Positions 1 through 11,859 of a stretch of DNA of 64,000 bases are shown here, piece after piece. Each line of letters opens with the position of its first letter. Position 1 is the first letter of the stretch. Source of the DNA: Stylophora pistillata (taxonomy: Eukaryota); contig NW_019218153.1 in assembly GCF_002571385.2 (NCBI RefSeq), forward strand, positions 70,907 through 134,906, read 5' to 3'. The notes below the pieces were generated by a model. It had not been told where the DNA came from, did not search any database, and saw only the letters and a list, made by a program, of their open reading frames with translations. The translations under genes were made by a program, and so were the position numbers.

Positions 1-1143
1 ACGGGCTTCCTTCCGAACAACACGACTTCGTAAACTAATCTCCAATAAGAATAAAACCGATTGTTTGTAGACGTGTTTTCAAAACATCGATAAGCTGACG
101 TACATAGGAGGTTACAATTATAAAATTTCCGTCACCTTACGTGGTAAAATCTTCAAAACAACTTGCCAGGAATAGATGTTTTAAAAGTTCGGCTTGAGAT
201 TGGCTGAGTAAGCGCGCTTTAAATTTTTTCACACTTCTTAAATTCTACATGAAGTGAACACAGCAATTATTGCAAGAATTGTAAAGGAAGCGCTCCAACG
301 ATGTTTTGCCAAACTCAAAAAAAAGAACTAATCCATATTTCCATATTTACAAAATTCAATGAACTGGTTTGTCCCGAAAGCCATAACTACTAGTACAACA
401 GCTCTATTTCTCCGGTATATTGGCACGCTGCTATAATCTTAGAATCGTCTGGATATTTTCCAGAGCCAATCTCAGGTATGGCAGGGATTTCCGTGCCTGA
501 AAACTGGGAGAAAAGGGCTTTAACTCTATGATTTACCGTGTCTTACATCGGAGTGGAAGTGTCTCACAAATTGGAAAAAAAAATAGTGTAATAATGAGAA
601 CAGGTAAGCCACAAAGTCATCAGCCATAGACTGTATTTGCTTGTCTTACGCTGTGTGTAAAACTCTTTAGTATGGTAATATCGATTCAGAGTAAGCCTGA
701 GCCAGCTGTTTAGCTCGAGGCTATTTGTGAGGTAACCGATGCTTTTATGAACGTTACAAAACAGATGAATAAATGAACATAGATCTAACATCCTTGCCCA
801 AATTTTAGTTCTATAGGGACTAGCTGCCGCGCAAATTTTTAGATCTCTGCAAAAAAGGGCTGCCATAGACGGCTTTCAAAAATGGCGGCACAGTGCGACC
901 GGAGTTGGAAAACTGGTAACGAGTGCATCGAAACGAGGCATCAAAGGCCTGATCAAAACAAATATCTTTCACGTGTAGCGCGATCAACTTGTCAAAGTTT
1001 GGAAGTTTTATTAGTACATCCTTCATAACGCTTCGAATTTGAAAAAATCCACGCTGAAAAACTGAATCACAATGTGAACAAGTCAAGATTTCGATTGATT
1101 GGGAAATGGTGATTATTTCAGGGCAAATTTTTTCGTCGAAACA

Positions 1144-2622
1144 ATGCCTACGCACTGCTGTGTTCCCGGCTGCACCAAGAAAGGCTATCTTGAAGAGGGT
1201 AAAAAAATTTCTTATTTTATTTTCCCTACTGATAAATCTCTACGAAAACAGTGGAGTCATGCAATCAGGAGACATGAAGGGAAAAACTTTCAGATAAGTA
1301 AATCCACTAAGGTATGCTCGAGGCATTTTAAAACGGAGGACTTTCAGAGATCGCTAGGTGGAAGTAAGATAAATCTCAAACCTGGAGTCGTTCCTTCAGT
1401 ATTTTCGTGGCGCACGTCTCCTCGTAAACGAAAGCCCCCGCCATTCAGACATTTAGTAGCAACAGGTTTTGACGATATCTCAGAGGCTGTTAGCGAGAAT
1501 GAAGATAATTTGGAATCGATTGAACAGCCACCATACCAAGAAATATCAACTCAAACGGACGAGACTTCGGTCATTGAAAATACAACTCAGACTGAAGACA
1601 AAGTATTCGAAGACAAAGAATCTCAAACAGAACATAACGATTTAATTGGAATAATGGAAAAAGAGATTGCTGGTTTGAAAGCCGAGATTGATAAACTTAT
1701 GAAACAGACTGATGCACTGAAAGCTAAACTATTCAATGTTGATAGATTTCGTTCCAACTCATCGTCGATCAGCTTTTACACCGGATTTCCTGACTTTGAG
1801 GTGTTTAAAACAGTATTTGACTTCCTTGATCCTGGCGAATATGGTCAAAACATTAGGTACTGGACATCTTTAAATACCAAGGAACCTTTACTTGATATTT
1901 ACGACAACGAACACTACAGTAAATCAGAAAAAGGACGACCAAGAGCTCTTAAGGCAATTGATGAGTTTTTCTTAGTGATGTGTCGTCTAAGACAAGGCTT
2001 TGCTGAAGAGCACCTGAGTAATCTGTTCCATATTTCATTATCAACAGTAAGCCGAGTTGTTATATCCTGGGTCAATTTTATGTACCTTAAATTTGCTCAG
2101 ATTAATATATGGCCCTCAAGAACAGTAATTGACAACACCATGCCAGAAGCTTTTAAAGCAAAATACTCAGCAACAAGGGTTATTATTGACTGCACTGAGG
2201 TACGATGCCAAATGCCAAGCAGTTTACAGCTTAATGGGGAACTATTTAGCAATTACAAAAATCACACAACACTGAAAGGTTTAATTGGCATCTCACCAGG
2301 CGGTGCAATGATTTTTGTGAGTGAGCTTTACACTGGCTCAATATCTGACAGAGAAATTGTTGTTCGCAGTGGCTTTCTGGACTTGCCATTTGATGACAAA
2401 GATCTTGTTATGGCCGATAAAGGATTTACCATTGATGACCTAATGTTACCTCAAGGTGTGCATGTGAAACTGCCTCCATTTCTTGGTGGTTCAGACCAGA
2501 TGGCTGCAGAAGATGTTGTGGCAACACAAGAAATTGCCAGTCTTCGCATCCACGTTGAGCGGGCAATTAACAAGATTAAGAACTTTCACATATGGGATGG
2601 TGTTGTCCCTCTTCAAGTCTAA
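1144..2622 (+). CDS. THAP-domain DDE_Tnp_4 (Harbinger/ISL2EU-type) transposase; C-terminus abuts assembly gap
   Basis: Likely ATG at 1144. THAP C2CH motif (CCVPGC...FIFP...W...VCSRHF...LKPGVVPS), coiled coil, HTH (EFFLVMCRLRQG...LSNLFHISLSTVSR), catalytic triad IIDCTE / MADKGF / RIHVERAI. Stop lies 4 nt before the Ns, so the true end is uncertain. Confidence 0.9.
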   Translation: MPTHCCVPGCTKKGYLEEGKKISYFIFPTDKSLRKQWSHAIRRHEGKNFQISKSTKVCSRHFKTEDFQRSLGGSKINLKPGVVPSVFSWRTSPRKRKPPPFRHLVATGFDDISEAVSENEDNLESIEQPPYQEISTQTDETSVIENTTQTEDKVFEDKESQTEHNDLIGIMEKEIAGLKAEIDKLMKQTDALKAKLFNVDRFRSNSSSISFYTGFPDFEVFKTVFDFLDPGEYGQNIRYWTSLNTKEPLLDIYDNEHYSKSEKGRPRALKAIDEFFLVMCRLRQGFAEEHLSNLFHISLSTVSRVVISWVNFMYLKFAQINIWPSRTVIDNTMPEAFKAKYSATRVIIDCTEVRCQMPSSLQLNGELFSNYKNHTTLKGLIGISPGGAMIFVSELYTGSISDREIVVRSGFLDLPFDDKDLVMADKGFTIDDLMLPQGVHVKLPPFLGGSDQMAAEDVVATQEIASLRIHVERAINKIKNFHIWDGVVPLQV

Positions 2623-2731
2623 CCGGNNNNNNNNNNNNNNNNNNNNNNNNNNNNNNNNNNNNNNNNNNNNNNNNNNNNNNNNNNNNNNNNNNNNNNNNNN
2701 NNNNNNNNNNNNNNNNNNNNNNNNNNNNNNN

Positions 2732-4230
2732 TGGTTTCTTTTTCTGTGGCTGATCAGATGAAATTTAGATGCAGTAAAACGATGACATCGCTGTTTGTTC
2801 CATTCCTCACAATCAGCCTGGGCCCTGGTGTTAACTTCAATGTCATTGATTTCATTTTCATCCTTTGTAAGAGATGTGATAAATTGTTGTTCTTCAGTGG
2901 AAAGTGTATCTGGAATATTCATATGTTCCTCTTCAATGTGGGGAAACCTTGGAAATTGTTCACAATTGAGTGCTTCAATCCTACGTGGCACTGAACTCAA
3001 GTCAGCTTTGGCTGAAAAATTAGATTCAGTAAATAAAAGCTGATAGGATCCAAAGGAACCTATTGGGCATTTACCAAATTTGGTGTCCACCATGTTGTGT
3101 TGTCTAGTATCTGATGCCATTTGAGATAGTCCCATGTTTGCATAAATTTTACTCAAATCTTGCTTGAATTGTTCAATTTTTTCTTCATGACATACTGCAC
3201 TTATCCTTGCTTCATAAAGAAGTGACTTCACTCCTCCATCTTTAGAAGTTCTAGTAGAACTAGTTTCGCATTTAGTTTTATTTACTATCACACTGGAGAT
3301 GGGCTGTGGTGAAATGTTAGAGCCTCCTCCCTTTCTGTGCCATTTTTGTAGTTCTGAAGTACAAGCTAGACCTTCAGTCTCATCTTTATCTTTACAAAGA
3401 TCCTTCGTCGACTTACAGTCATACAAAGTATACTTGCAAAGTTTTAGCATTAAAGCTAAGATGTGATTGCAATATCCAACGGTGCCAGCGACACAACTAC
3501 AAAATGCATGCAACACTTTACCAGATATAATGCATATTGCAAGCTTAAGGTCATGAGGGGCATCACTCTTTTTAAAACTGTGAGAGCATTTGGCTTTAAA
3601 ATAGAACCCTCGTTGATCACTTGTTGTTATAATTTCGTGAAGATACTCATCTTGAAGAAAAGTCTGTGCTTTCCTCAAGTTGGTTGGAACGCTTGTGCTC
3701 TCTTTGTTCGCGATTTTTTTACCAGAATTTACAATGTGCTCGTCCATTTCAGCCTTTGTAAACAGTGGCATTTTCTCTAGAGAAGTACCCCAGTTTTCTT
3801 CAGGATATTTTACCGATCGTACTCGAGGCTCGTTGGAACAATTACTAGAAGTAGACTTGGTCAAAGAAAGTTTTCTTCGCGTGTACAGTTGATTTGGATC
3901 GGGATCCACGATTTGTTTGTCTTTACCATTCTTGATGAATTCTTCGACTCTGTAAAAAATATTGAACTGTTTTGATTGAACTTACATCAACTACATTGAA
4001 GAGTGAAGCTAGAACTTGATTTTCAGGAGGCAGGCATACTAGTTCACTGATCGACCTCTTCGTGTATCTTACCTTTTCACAAGTTCTGCTTTTGTTTTAA
4101 GTCCTTTCCCAGAGTCTCCTCTACATTTCAACCAAAATTTTAGTTCATCGTTTTTTAATTCTGAAGCATTTCGACCTTTTAGGGAGGCACCAGGAATGTC
4201 ATCTTCGCTTAAGCTGATATTAGATGTCAT
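2732..4230 (-). CDS. Transposon accessory protein: SAP-like domain + SWIM zinc finger + start of YqaJ-type exonuclease; 2 exons (4230-4073, 3949-2732), truncated by gap
   Basis: Exon 1 MTSNISLSEDDIPGASLKGRNASELKNDELKFWLKCRG...KTKAELVKR splices in phase over a GT-AG intron (4072-3950) into the 3909 ORF frame. SWIM motif CSCVAGTVGYCNHILAL. YqaJ N-terminal motif TRAQADCEEWNKQRCHRFTASKF lies just before the gap. Confidence 0.82.
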
Positions 4231-4891
4231 TTCTCAGTATTTTCACGATGGAAAGAAGATAAAAAGACACAAAAAACAGTAATAATTACAGCCACGCTGA
4301 AGAGAACGCTGTTGTTTGGCCTTTGATGCCTCACTTCCATGTTTCTCGTCTCCAGTCCTCCAGCGAACAAGCGTACTGTACCGCCATTTTTGAAAGCCGT
4401 GTATAGCGTCAAGAGGACATTACATCGTGAAATAGTCAAGTTCTATCTATGATTCTTTTTATATCGTTTTACAATGATTGAACTTTCGAAGATGCTTTTG
4501 ATGAAAAAAAAATTAAAACATTTTAGGGCTCTTTTATTTATAAAGAGAATCATTAGCTGCTTACCTCTCATCGCTTCCGTATTTACTACAGTCTCGTTCA
4601 CTGGCTCGAAACCGTGCTATACGTCACGCAACGTCTTCCCTTTTCAAGAGAGTTTAGGAAGGATATTGTTGCGTGACATTTCAAAGAACGGCTTCAAAGC
4701 CATGATTCTATCTCGTCATCATTGCCCCAGGGATCCCATGAGATAGCTAGACGCATGCGCATAGCCAGTGATGTTCGCGCGCAAATCAGTTTAGCACGGT
4801 GACTACTTATGCGAAGAAGATCTTCTATTTTTACCTTCAAGTTTCTTAATATCGGGTCTGCAATAAGATCACCGGGTAGAAAACACCAAGA

Positions 4892-5822
4892 ATGACTACA
4901 CCAGGTTTGGAACCCGATATTCAGTGCTCAAACGATGCTGTAGACCAATCTTCACAGAACACCATGGCGGCGATCCTCAGAGGACTTAACGATACTTTGG
5001 CACAATTGACCAAAGTTTCAGAAAAGCAGACAGCGACGCTCACCAGTCTTAAAGACGACATCCTCCTTCGTCCTGAATCAGACGAGGAGGCAGAAAAGGA
5101 AGACTCAAACACGGGCAATACACAACTAAATATTACTGCCACGTTAAATAATGTGCTCGACCCGAGCGACTCTTGCGTGGTGAAAGAATCTGCTGGCTCT
5201 GAGTCAGAAAAGCAGAATGATGACCTCGAAAGCCTGACTCAGGCATTTGTACAGACCAACAATAAATCTCCTGCCATAACAGAAAAGGTTGCCAGTCTAA
5301 TTGATAATATGGCTTCTGGAAGTCTTTCACCAGAAACGGTGAAGGATCGAGTTGATAAATACCCTCCACCAGAAAACTGTAAGTTCCTGTGTACTACAAC
5401 AATTAACGAGGAGGTTTGGGATCTGCTTCCCAGGAGGAGCAGAACAGTCGACCTTGCTTTTCAGAAGGTGCAAGAATTGCTTGTTCAGGGTTTTATCATC
5501 CCTGTCGATTTTGGGGGACCAGTTGGTAAAAGACCTTCAAACTGGCAAACCCACTAACGTCCGTCAGGTCCTGGACCAGGTCATGGACAGCATTGCCCTT
5601 GTGGCTAATGCCAATTATAAACTTAATATGAAACGACGAGAGCTAATCAAGCCCGACCTCAACCCCCCTTTCACAAGGTTATGCAAAGAGGACATCAAGC
5701 CTTCTACAAAGCTATTTAGGGATGAATTGTCAAAACATCTAAAGGATATGGCAGACCCAAGAAGGCGGGCCAGCAGATGCAGAGGACCTCTGACACCCGC
5801 ACATGTAGCCATAACTACCTAA
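4892..5822 (+). pseudogene. DIRS gag-like ORF1, frameshifted
   Basis: Motifs KYPPPENCKFL...INEEVWDLL...RTVDLAFQKVQ and NYKLNMKRRELIKPDLNP...TKLF-DELSK are split over two frames. Apparent +1 shift near 5490 (GGTTTTATCA) and another near 5757. Confidence 0.75.
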
Positions 5823-5934
5823 AGGCTGGGAGGCAGAAATTTCGACGCTCAAATTTCAAACCATACCACCAGAAATCTACTGGCCAGAAAACATCTCAGA
5901 CACACCCTTTTTTAGGGTACAGCCGGGGACACGA

Positions 5935-6879
5935 GTGACCCGAAAAAACCAGCCAATCCAACAACTCAGATTAAACAATAACCAGGTGAGGACACATCCT
6001 AAATCATTTATGGATGGGGATTATTTGCATCACATGGTCCGTATTTTTTCAGCAGGACAGCTGAAGGACCATGTTGGTTCCTGGGAATCTTTGACAAATG
6101 ACCAAGTCATACTTGATGCCATAAAGCACTACCATATTGAGTTTGAAGCTAATACCCCCGTCCAACCTCACCCACCAAAACAATTCCACCTCTCACCTGG
6201 TGAAAGGGAGATAATAAGTGAAGAAATATCTACACTTCTCCATAAAGGAGTTTTGGAACAAACTGAATATGTAGAGGGGGACTTCCTCTCAACTATATTT
6301 GTGTGGCCTAAAAAAGATGGCAGCTACAGAATGATTTTAAATCTCAAACCTCTTAATGAATTTGTCTCATACCACCATTTCAAAATGGACACTATTAAAA
6401 CAGCTCTTAAACTCATGCGTCCGGGGTGCTTTATGGCTTCAGTTGACCTAAAGGGCGCATACTATTCTGCCCCTGTTGCTAAAGAGGATAGGAAATATTT
6501 AAAATTTGAGTGGCAAGGAAGTTATTATGAATACACATGCATACCCAATGGCCTCGATTGTGCCCCCAGGCTGTTCACAAAAATTTTAAAACCTGTTTAC
6601 TCTCATATCAGATCAATGGGCCATCTTTGCATGGGGCACATAGATGACTCTTTCTTATTAGGATATGACTATGCTGCTTGTAAGAGGAATGTCCAGGACA
6701 CGATTGACACATTCCAAAACCTGGGATTCGTAATTCATCCTGTGAAATCAGTTTTTATTCCCACACAAGAAATAGAATTTCTTGGGTTTTTACTTAGCAG
6801 TATTCTTATGACAATTAGACTTCCCCCTACCAAAGCTGCACGCGTACGTATAGCCTGTCAGAATTTACTACTGTTTTGA
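5935..6879 (+). CDS. DIRS reverse transcriptase (partial, possibly inactive)
   Basis: AGQLKDHVGSWESLTND..ILDAIKHYHIEF, PKKDGSYRMILNLKPLN, FKMDT, ASVDLKGAYY, PNGL..APRLFTK, HIDD, LGFVIHPVKS...QEIEFLGF. Confidence 0.88.
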   Translation: MTRKNQPIQQLRLNNNQVRTHPKSFMDGDYLHHMVRIFSAGQLKDHVGSWESLTNDQVILDAIKHYHIEFEANTPVQPHPPKQFHLSPGEREIISEEISTLLHKGVLEQTEYVEGDFLSTIFVWPKKDGSYRMILNLKPLNEFVSYHHFKMDTIKTALKLMRPGCFMASVDLKGAYYSAPVAKEDRKYLKFEWQGSYYEYTCIPNGLDCAPRLFTKILKPVYSHIRSMGHLCMGHIDDSFLLGYDYAACKRNVQDTIDTFQNLGFVIHPVKSVFIPTQEIEFLGFLLSSILMTIRLPPTKAARVRIACQNLLLF

Positions 6880-6902
6880 CTCCACACCATCNNNNNNNNN
6901 NN

Positions 6903-7352
6903 CTTCCTGATGGCTACGAGTTCCTGCTTACTGCCCATATCAAACAGAGCAGGCCAGGCTACAAAGCACCTACAGTTGTTTTGAGAGCATACCCAGCCAA
7001 TCCATCCCTTTGTGTTTGTACTTGCTTAAAAGAATATCTTAAGAGAACAAAGCCTCTCAGGGGTACGGAAACTAAACTTTTTGTCAGTTTTACTAAGCCA
7101 TATAAACGGGTGTCCAGAGAGACTCTTTCTAGGTGGCTTCGCACTGTCATGACCTCTGCTGGGGTAGACACAACAATATTTAAGCCACACAGTACACGAG
7201 CAGCAGCTACTTCAAAGGCTAAAACAGCCTCTGTTCCAATCCAAGAAATCCTGAAAACTGCTGGGTGGTCATCATCGAGATGTTTTGATAAGTTTTATGA
7301 CAAACCTGTGGAATCCTCCACATTTGCTTCTGCTATTCTCAAGACTGTTTAG
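6903..7352 (+). CDS. DIRS tyrosine recombinase, C-terminal part
   Basis: KQSRPG...LCVCTCLKEYLKRT...LFVSFTKP...LSRWL...FKPHSTRAAATS (H-x-x-R)...AGWSSSRCFDKFY (catalytic Tyr). Confidence 0.88.
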   Translation, partial: LPDGYEFLLTAHIKQSRPGYKAPTVVLRAYPANPSLCVCTCLKEYLKRTKPLRGTETKLFVSFTKPYKRVSRETLSRWLRTVMTSAGVDTTIFKPHSTRAAATSKAKTASVPIQEILKTAGWSSSRCFDKFYDKPVESSTFASAILKTV

Positions 7353-10300
7353 TCCTGAAATTGGACTTGTTGGCAAATAGTTTTTTGTACTACTAGCCTT
7401 AACAAAACATCTTCTAGACAGAAACTTTATTTAACATTAACCAAGGGATCACATGCCCACCCTTGGACAACAAATCATACTTACATTTGATTTTACCCAC
7501 CCATTTATTTGTAGTGCTACTGACATTACAGTTCTTATACAATCTACTTCGTGGTGATCAGACTGTCACATTCGGCTGTAAATACTGGTTATGCGCATGC
7601 GTATAGCTATCTCATGTGATCCCTTGGTGCAGTTGGATGACTCGATAGAATTCCAATCAAACTTCAACTTACAGGTAAGTCTCGTTTAATTTTTCAGTTA
7701 TGTATGTCTACGGGAGACAATCACCATATATGGGTGTGTCAACAAACATTTCCCAATTTTCTCATAAACGTCATCCTTTTCAAGGACAACACCCTGGTTA
7801 AGACCACCCCCGTTGCAAGGGGTGAGAAAATGCGTTTGAATAGCGCTTGTGCTGATTTCACTTTTGTTTAACTTGAATACTGTGTACCTTTTGGAAAGGT
7901 TCAGTGGTTAAAGTTCATTAACTGCCGCATATGAAAGCATCATTCTAATTAAAATTATGTTTGTTCAGGACAAGTAAATTTTTATTCGAATGTGCCTGGC
8001 CTCAATGTTTTTCGGGATCGAGCTTACTGTTGTAAAAGCTTACTGTTGTTAGAGCTTACTGTTGTAAGTAATGCTAAATGCATCATTTTCGTTTTCACCA
8101 CTGATGCCATACAAACTGATTCAGTATTGATTAAAAAGAGCTTTCAAACTGAGTTATTTCTGTATATAAACACTTCGTTTTCTCAACAATTTCTTAAAAA
8201 TAGAATCAAGACAAAAACTTACCGTGTTATCTCCACGCTATTTTTATGTAATTATGAATCAAGAAGCGTCCTCGTAAGCTGCCTATTTTTCCTTGCAATT
8301 TCAATGTAAAAAAAGAGCCATTTATAGTGCAAATTACTGTCAGCTTAGGTAAACGATAATCGCGTCTCTTTCATTTGTCCATTAAATAGTGACACATAGG
8401 AGAAGGACAGCAGGTGAACTTTTTATCTAAACCTACCAATACGTGCTATAGCCGCTGACAGAGAGAGGTCGTTTAAACAAACTGGTTAATTAAACAAGAC
8501 TGGCATCTCAGTCGAAGTCGAGTCATTATATAATTTAGTTTTAGATAAGAGTTGTCAGGCGTCATCGTTTGAAGAAACACGAAGGATCACGGAAGATGGT
8601 TCCTTTAAGAAACTATGAGACCGATCAAATTTTTCTTTAAAGGTCTATATAACTAGGAGGTAAAAAAGATTTCTGGTCGTTTTAATCCCACAAGTCACGG
8701 ATCAGTTAACAGTAAGATGAAATTCCTCGAAAAATAATAATTAAAAAATGAACTTGTGTTTGATTACGATCTTGTTTTGACCTATTCAATGTAGCTCCAC
8801 TTTTGAGACGCTGGTCGTTGTAGGGCAAACTGAGTTGGAAAAACTTGTATTTTTTTATAATTTTGAATACAAATTAATCATATTGTCAGTGCAAACGCCA
8901 ATCGTCTCTTCCGTCAATTATGTGAATAGAAATGGGCGACTGACGCTTGATTAAGCCCAAAATTATTAGGTGACGCGTTTATCTTACAGAAAGACACGGC
9001 AAAGTGAGGTTTAAAGTTTTACCTTTGATTCTTAACGCGGGGGTTTTTCTAAAATTCGTGCGTGGAACGGAATAAGGACCCTCTTACGCCCNNNNNNNNN
9101 NNNNNNNNNNNNNNNNNNNNNNNNNNNNNNNNNNNNNNNNNNNNNNNNNNNNNNNNNNNNNNNNNNNNNNNNNNNNNNNNNNNNNNNNNNNNNNNNNNNN
9201 NNNNNNNNNNNNNNNNNNNNNNNNNNNNNNNNNNNNNNTTGGTCATAAACCAAATTTGTCATAGAACGTTTCGTGACTGAACTCTGAGAAGTTAGAAAGT
9301 TTATGGTTTTCATCTGCATCCTGTATTGAAGTCAACAGGGAGGCTTGCATAAAGGAAAACAAATGTAAATCGTCCCTTTGTGGAGATGGGGTTTACCCCG
9401 TGCGCAAAATGTAAACATTATTTACAGAAAGGAAAACGTCCTGTTCTTAGCGGAATTCTTTTCACACTCGCTGTGCAAATTTAATTCGGTCGAAGTTCTC
9501 CTGGCGATATTTAGATAACTTTAGCTTAATTTATACCGAACGACGCGAATCATGTATTGTCAAGGCTCGTGCAGGGAAGATTTTAAGCTTTATGAAGCTC
9601 CAAAGAACAGTTATTTGGAGGTGCGTAACATCCAGTAAATGTATGATTTCGCCCCCTGTACCGTTGAAAATGTTGAATACATTTGTGTTTGTTGTAGCAA
9701 ACTGTATTTTTGCGCTGTTAATCAACTTATCTAATTCCGGGAGCTGAACAAAACTTCAGAAAGACCACTTTCGACAGGCATCGTCAAATTTACTATATCA
9801 TTATCATGGCCATTTCTCTTATAGACCGTTAACAAAGACTTTCCTTACCTTCGGAGCATTGATTTGTTTGGTTTCGTTCTTTGAATACACAGAGTTCGAG
9901 TCCTAAAATCACTTTTTCTCAGTAATACACCAGTGTTCTACCGCTGTTTGCTTGAAAGGTCTGACAACCACTACACGCTTACAAGGAAGAAGAAGAAGGA
10001 ATAATTTAAATGTCTTGCTGTTTCCTGTCCAGCTGGCTTCGATAATCAATAAATTTAATCCGCGTGAGAAGTAGAAAGATATGCAGTATTAATATTTAAT
10101 TCTTTGACGTCTCTTGCGCGCGTAGCTAGGCTTGACTTGAATTTTAAGACCTTTAAAGTCCGCCTACTTTCTCTTGTATGCGGTCACCACACTGTCATAG
10201 TTCACTTTAGCTAACCGATCTTCTAAAGTGGTGGCTTTTAAGATAACTGAAAGGTTTCTGATAAGATTCCTTGCGGAAAATTTACGTATGTCATACTAAC

Positions 10301-11244
10301 CAAATATTTATTGAATTTTGAAGGTTAATTGCGGTAAATTTAGCCAAACATTCTTCACTCTCTTAGTTCTTGAATAAACACCTTGACACTTGCTGGGATA
10401 AGGAGAAAGTTGGAAAGAGTATGCGTGAAATATTTAAAGACTTAGTTGTGTCTGGAAAGGTTACTTAAAAAAAGTGAGATTTTAATCAAGAAAGCATATC
10501 TGATTCTACGTACCAGCGCCCCGATTGGTGAAACCCTATCGTTTATTGCTTCAGTAAACCCTTTGAAAATCGAAGATCATTTTATAAAAGCAATATGTTC
10601 GTGCGCCTCCAGCTTGTCATTTACAAACTTTTCTCGTGTTCTCCCGACACCCCGCGGAGGTGTTTACACCGGTAAACCGATTGAAGTTGTGGTCTATTGC
10701 TTAAAGAGTTAATTGAAAACATTCTGAGATCACTTTATGATCGGTATCTTGCAACCTGCTAATGGTTTCGCCCTCGAGGCTTGCGCAGGTTGTGAACTCC
10801 GCAGTGCCTAAAACACTCCCGTAGAAATGGTTAAACAATGATATTACTAAGAAATAATTCAAAGCCACCCGAGTAATCTGATGGACTAACACAATGGATA
10901 GACAGCTTATCTGCGAAGGACTCTGCAGCTGAATACACCAATTTCACATGCGATTGATTCACAGGGGGCCCACACAAGCGGCCCACACAAGCGGCCCAGA
11001 CAATCGGCGTGTCTGGTCGTTTGTTCGAAATATAAAGAAATGTATGGGAGAATATTGAAGAGTCGTAATATCGTAAACTTATATCAAGGAATGTCTATGT
11101 TAACGCTCAAAATAAATGTAAACCTACCTCACTTGTTGTGTATTGTCGTTTCTGTGGTTCTAAATGGCGAATTTGAGCGATTTGGTAGATTTTGCGTCGA
11201 CTGTTACTTTACTGTATAAAAAGGAGACATTCTTTGATATAAGT

Positions 11245-11710
11245 TTACGATAGAAGCATACAAAGCCCTTCAGTTCGGTGACACGTTGTTCTTTGTGGAC
11301 AGCGGATAGAGTCTGGTAATTGAAGGACATTTGCCAATAACGTTATGTCCTGTTTTCGCACTCTGAACTCCGCTAAACACTCTGATTCATCCATCTGGTC
11401 GAAATCAAACTTAGGGCATGAGCTGTAAGGGAATTCTGGATTCTTGGAACTGTAACTTTCGTACAAGGTCAAAAATTCTTCGTTACTGATGATTTTACTA
11501 TCGTACAAAAAAAGAAGCAGATTTCTCATCTCACTGAAGGATGACATGCTCTCACACAGCTTATCTTAAAAGCGAACGGAGTTTGCTACCCACGTCGCCG
11601 CCGCAAACCTCGTCTAGCTGCTTAAAGTTTATATTTTGGCGGGAACGACGTTGTTCTCTTCCCAGGCTCTTTCGGTCGCTAAAGTTGCCGTTGCCTCTAA
11701 AACGACCTGA
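11245..11710 (-). mobile_element. Truncated Harbinger-like transposon: terminal sequence plus N-terminal 100 aa of a DDE_Tnp_4-type nuclease
   Basis: ORF 11547-11245 (FDFDQMDESECLAEFRVRKQDI..LANVLQLP..IRC...EGLCMLL) breaks off where this family normally continues RLAYPCR. Probable element end near 11708. Confidence 0.65.
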
Positions 11711-11859
11711 TAACTTAGGGCAAATGCAACACCTGTATTCGAATGAAAACCGCTGGTCATGAATAATGCAACAACAATCTGTCCTTGTTCTACAACCAGA
11801 AACCAAATAAATGTCACATGACTTTCACGGGAAGTTGCATTCGACTACAGAGAAAGAAT

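Larger units (their letters stand above)
867..4402 (+). mobile_element. ISL2EU-type (PIF/Harbinger-related) DNA transposon with two convergent genes
   Basis: ~31-bp terminal inverted repeats (AGACGGCTTTCAAAAATGGCGGCACAGTGCG at 867; reverse complement ACACGGCTTTCAAAAATGGCGGTACAGTACG ending 4402, 3 mismatches). AT on both flanks (865-866, 4403-4404), the TSD reported for ISL2EU. Encodes a THAP-DDE transposase and a SWIM/YqaJ protein. Internal N gap 2627-2731. Confidence 0.9.
4705..7694 (+). mobile_element. DIRS1-like tyrosine-recombinase retrotransposon, degenerate, middle collapsed in assembly
   Basis: Imperfect inverted terminal repeats 4705-4769 and 7584-7651, followed by a right-end extension ending TTTAATTTTT. 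Gag-like, RT and YR ORFs occur in DIRS order. Confidence 0.88.

Noticed and set aside
2491-2626. C-terminal tail of the 472-aa minus ORF after the X run
   Set aside because: Artefact of translating through Ns; it is the antisense of the transposase.
7700-11240. Short ORFs (7992, 9531, 10446, 10701) as genes
   Set aside because: No recognisable domains or consistent splice pattern; probably decayed repeats (GSVLG at ~10820 may be an old RT trace).
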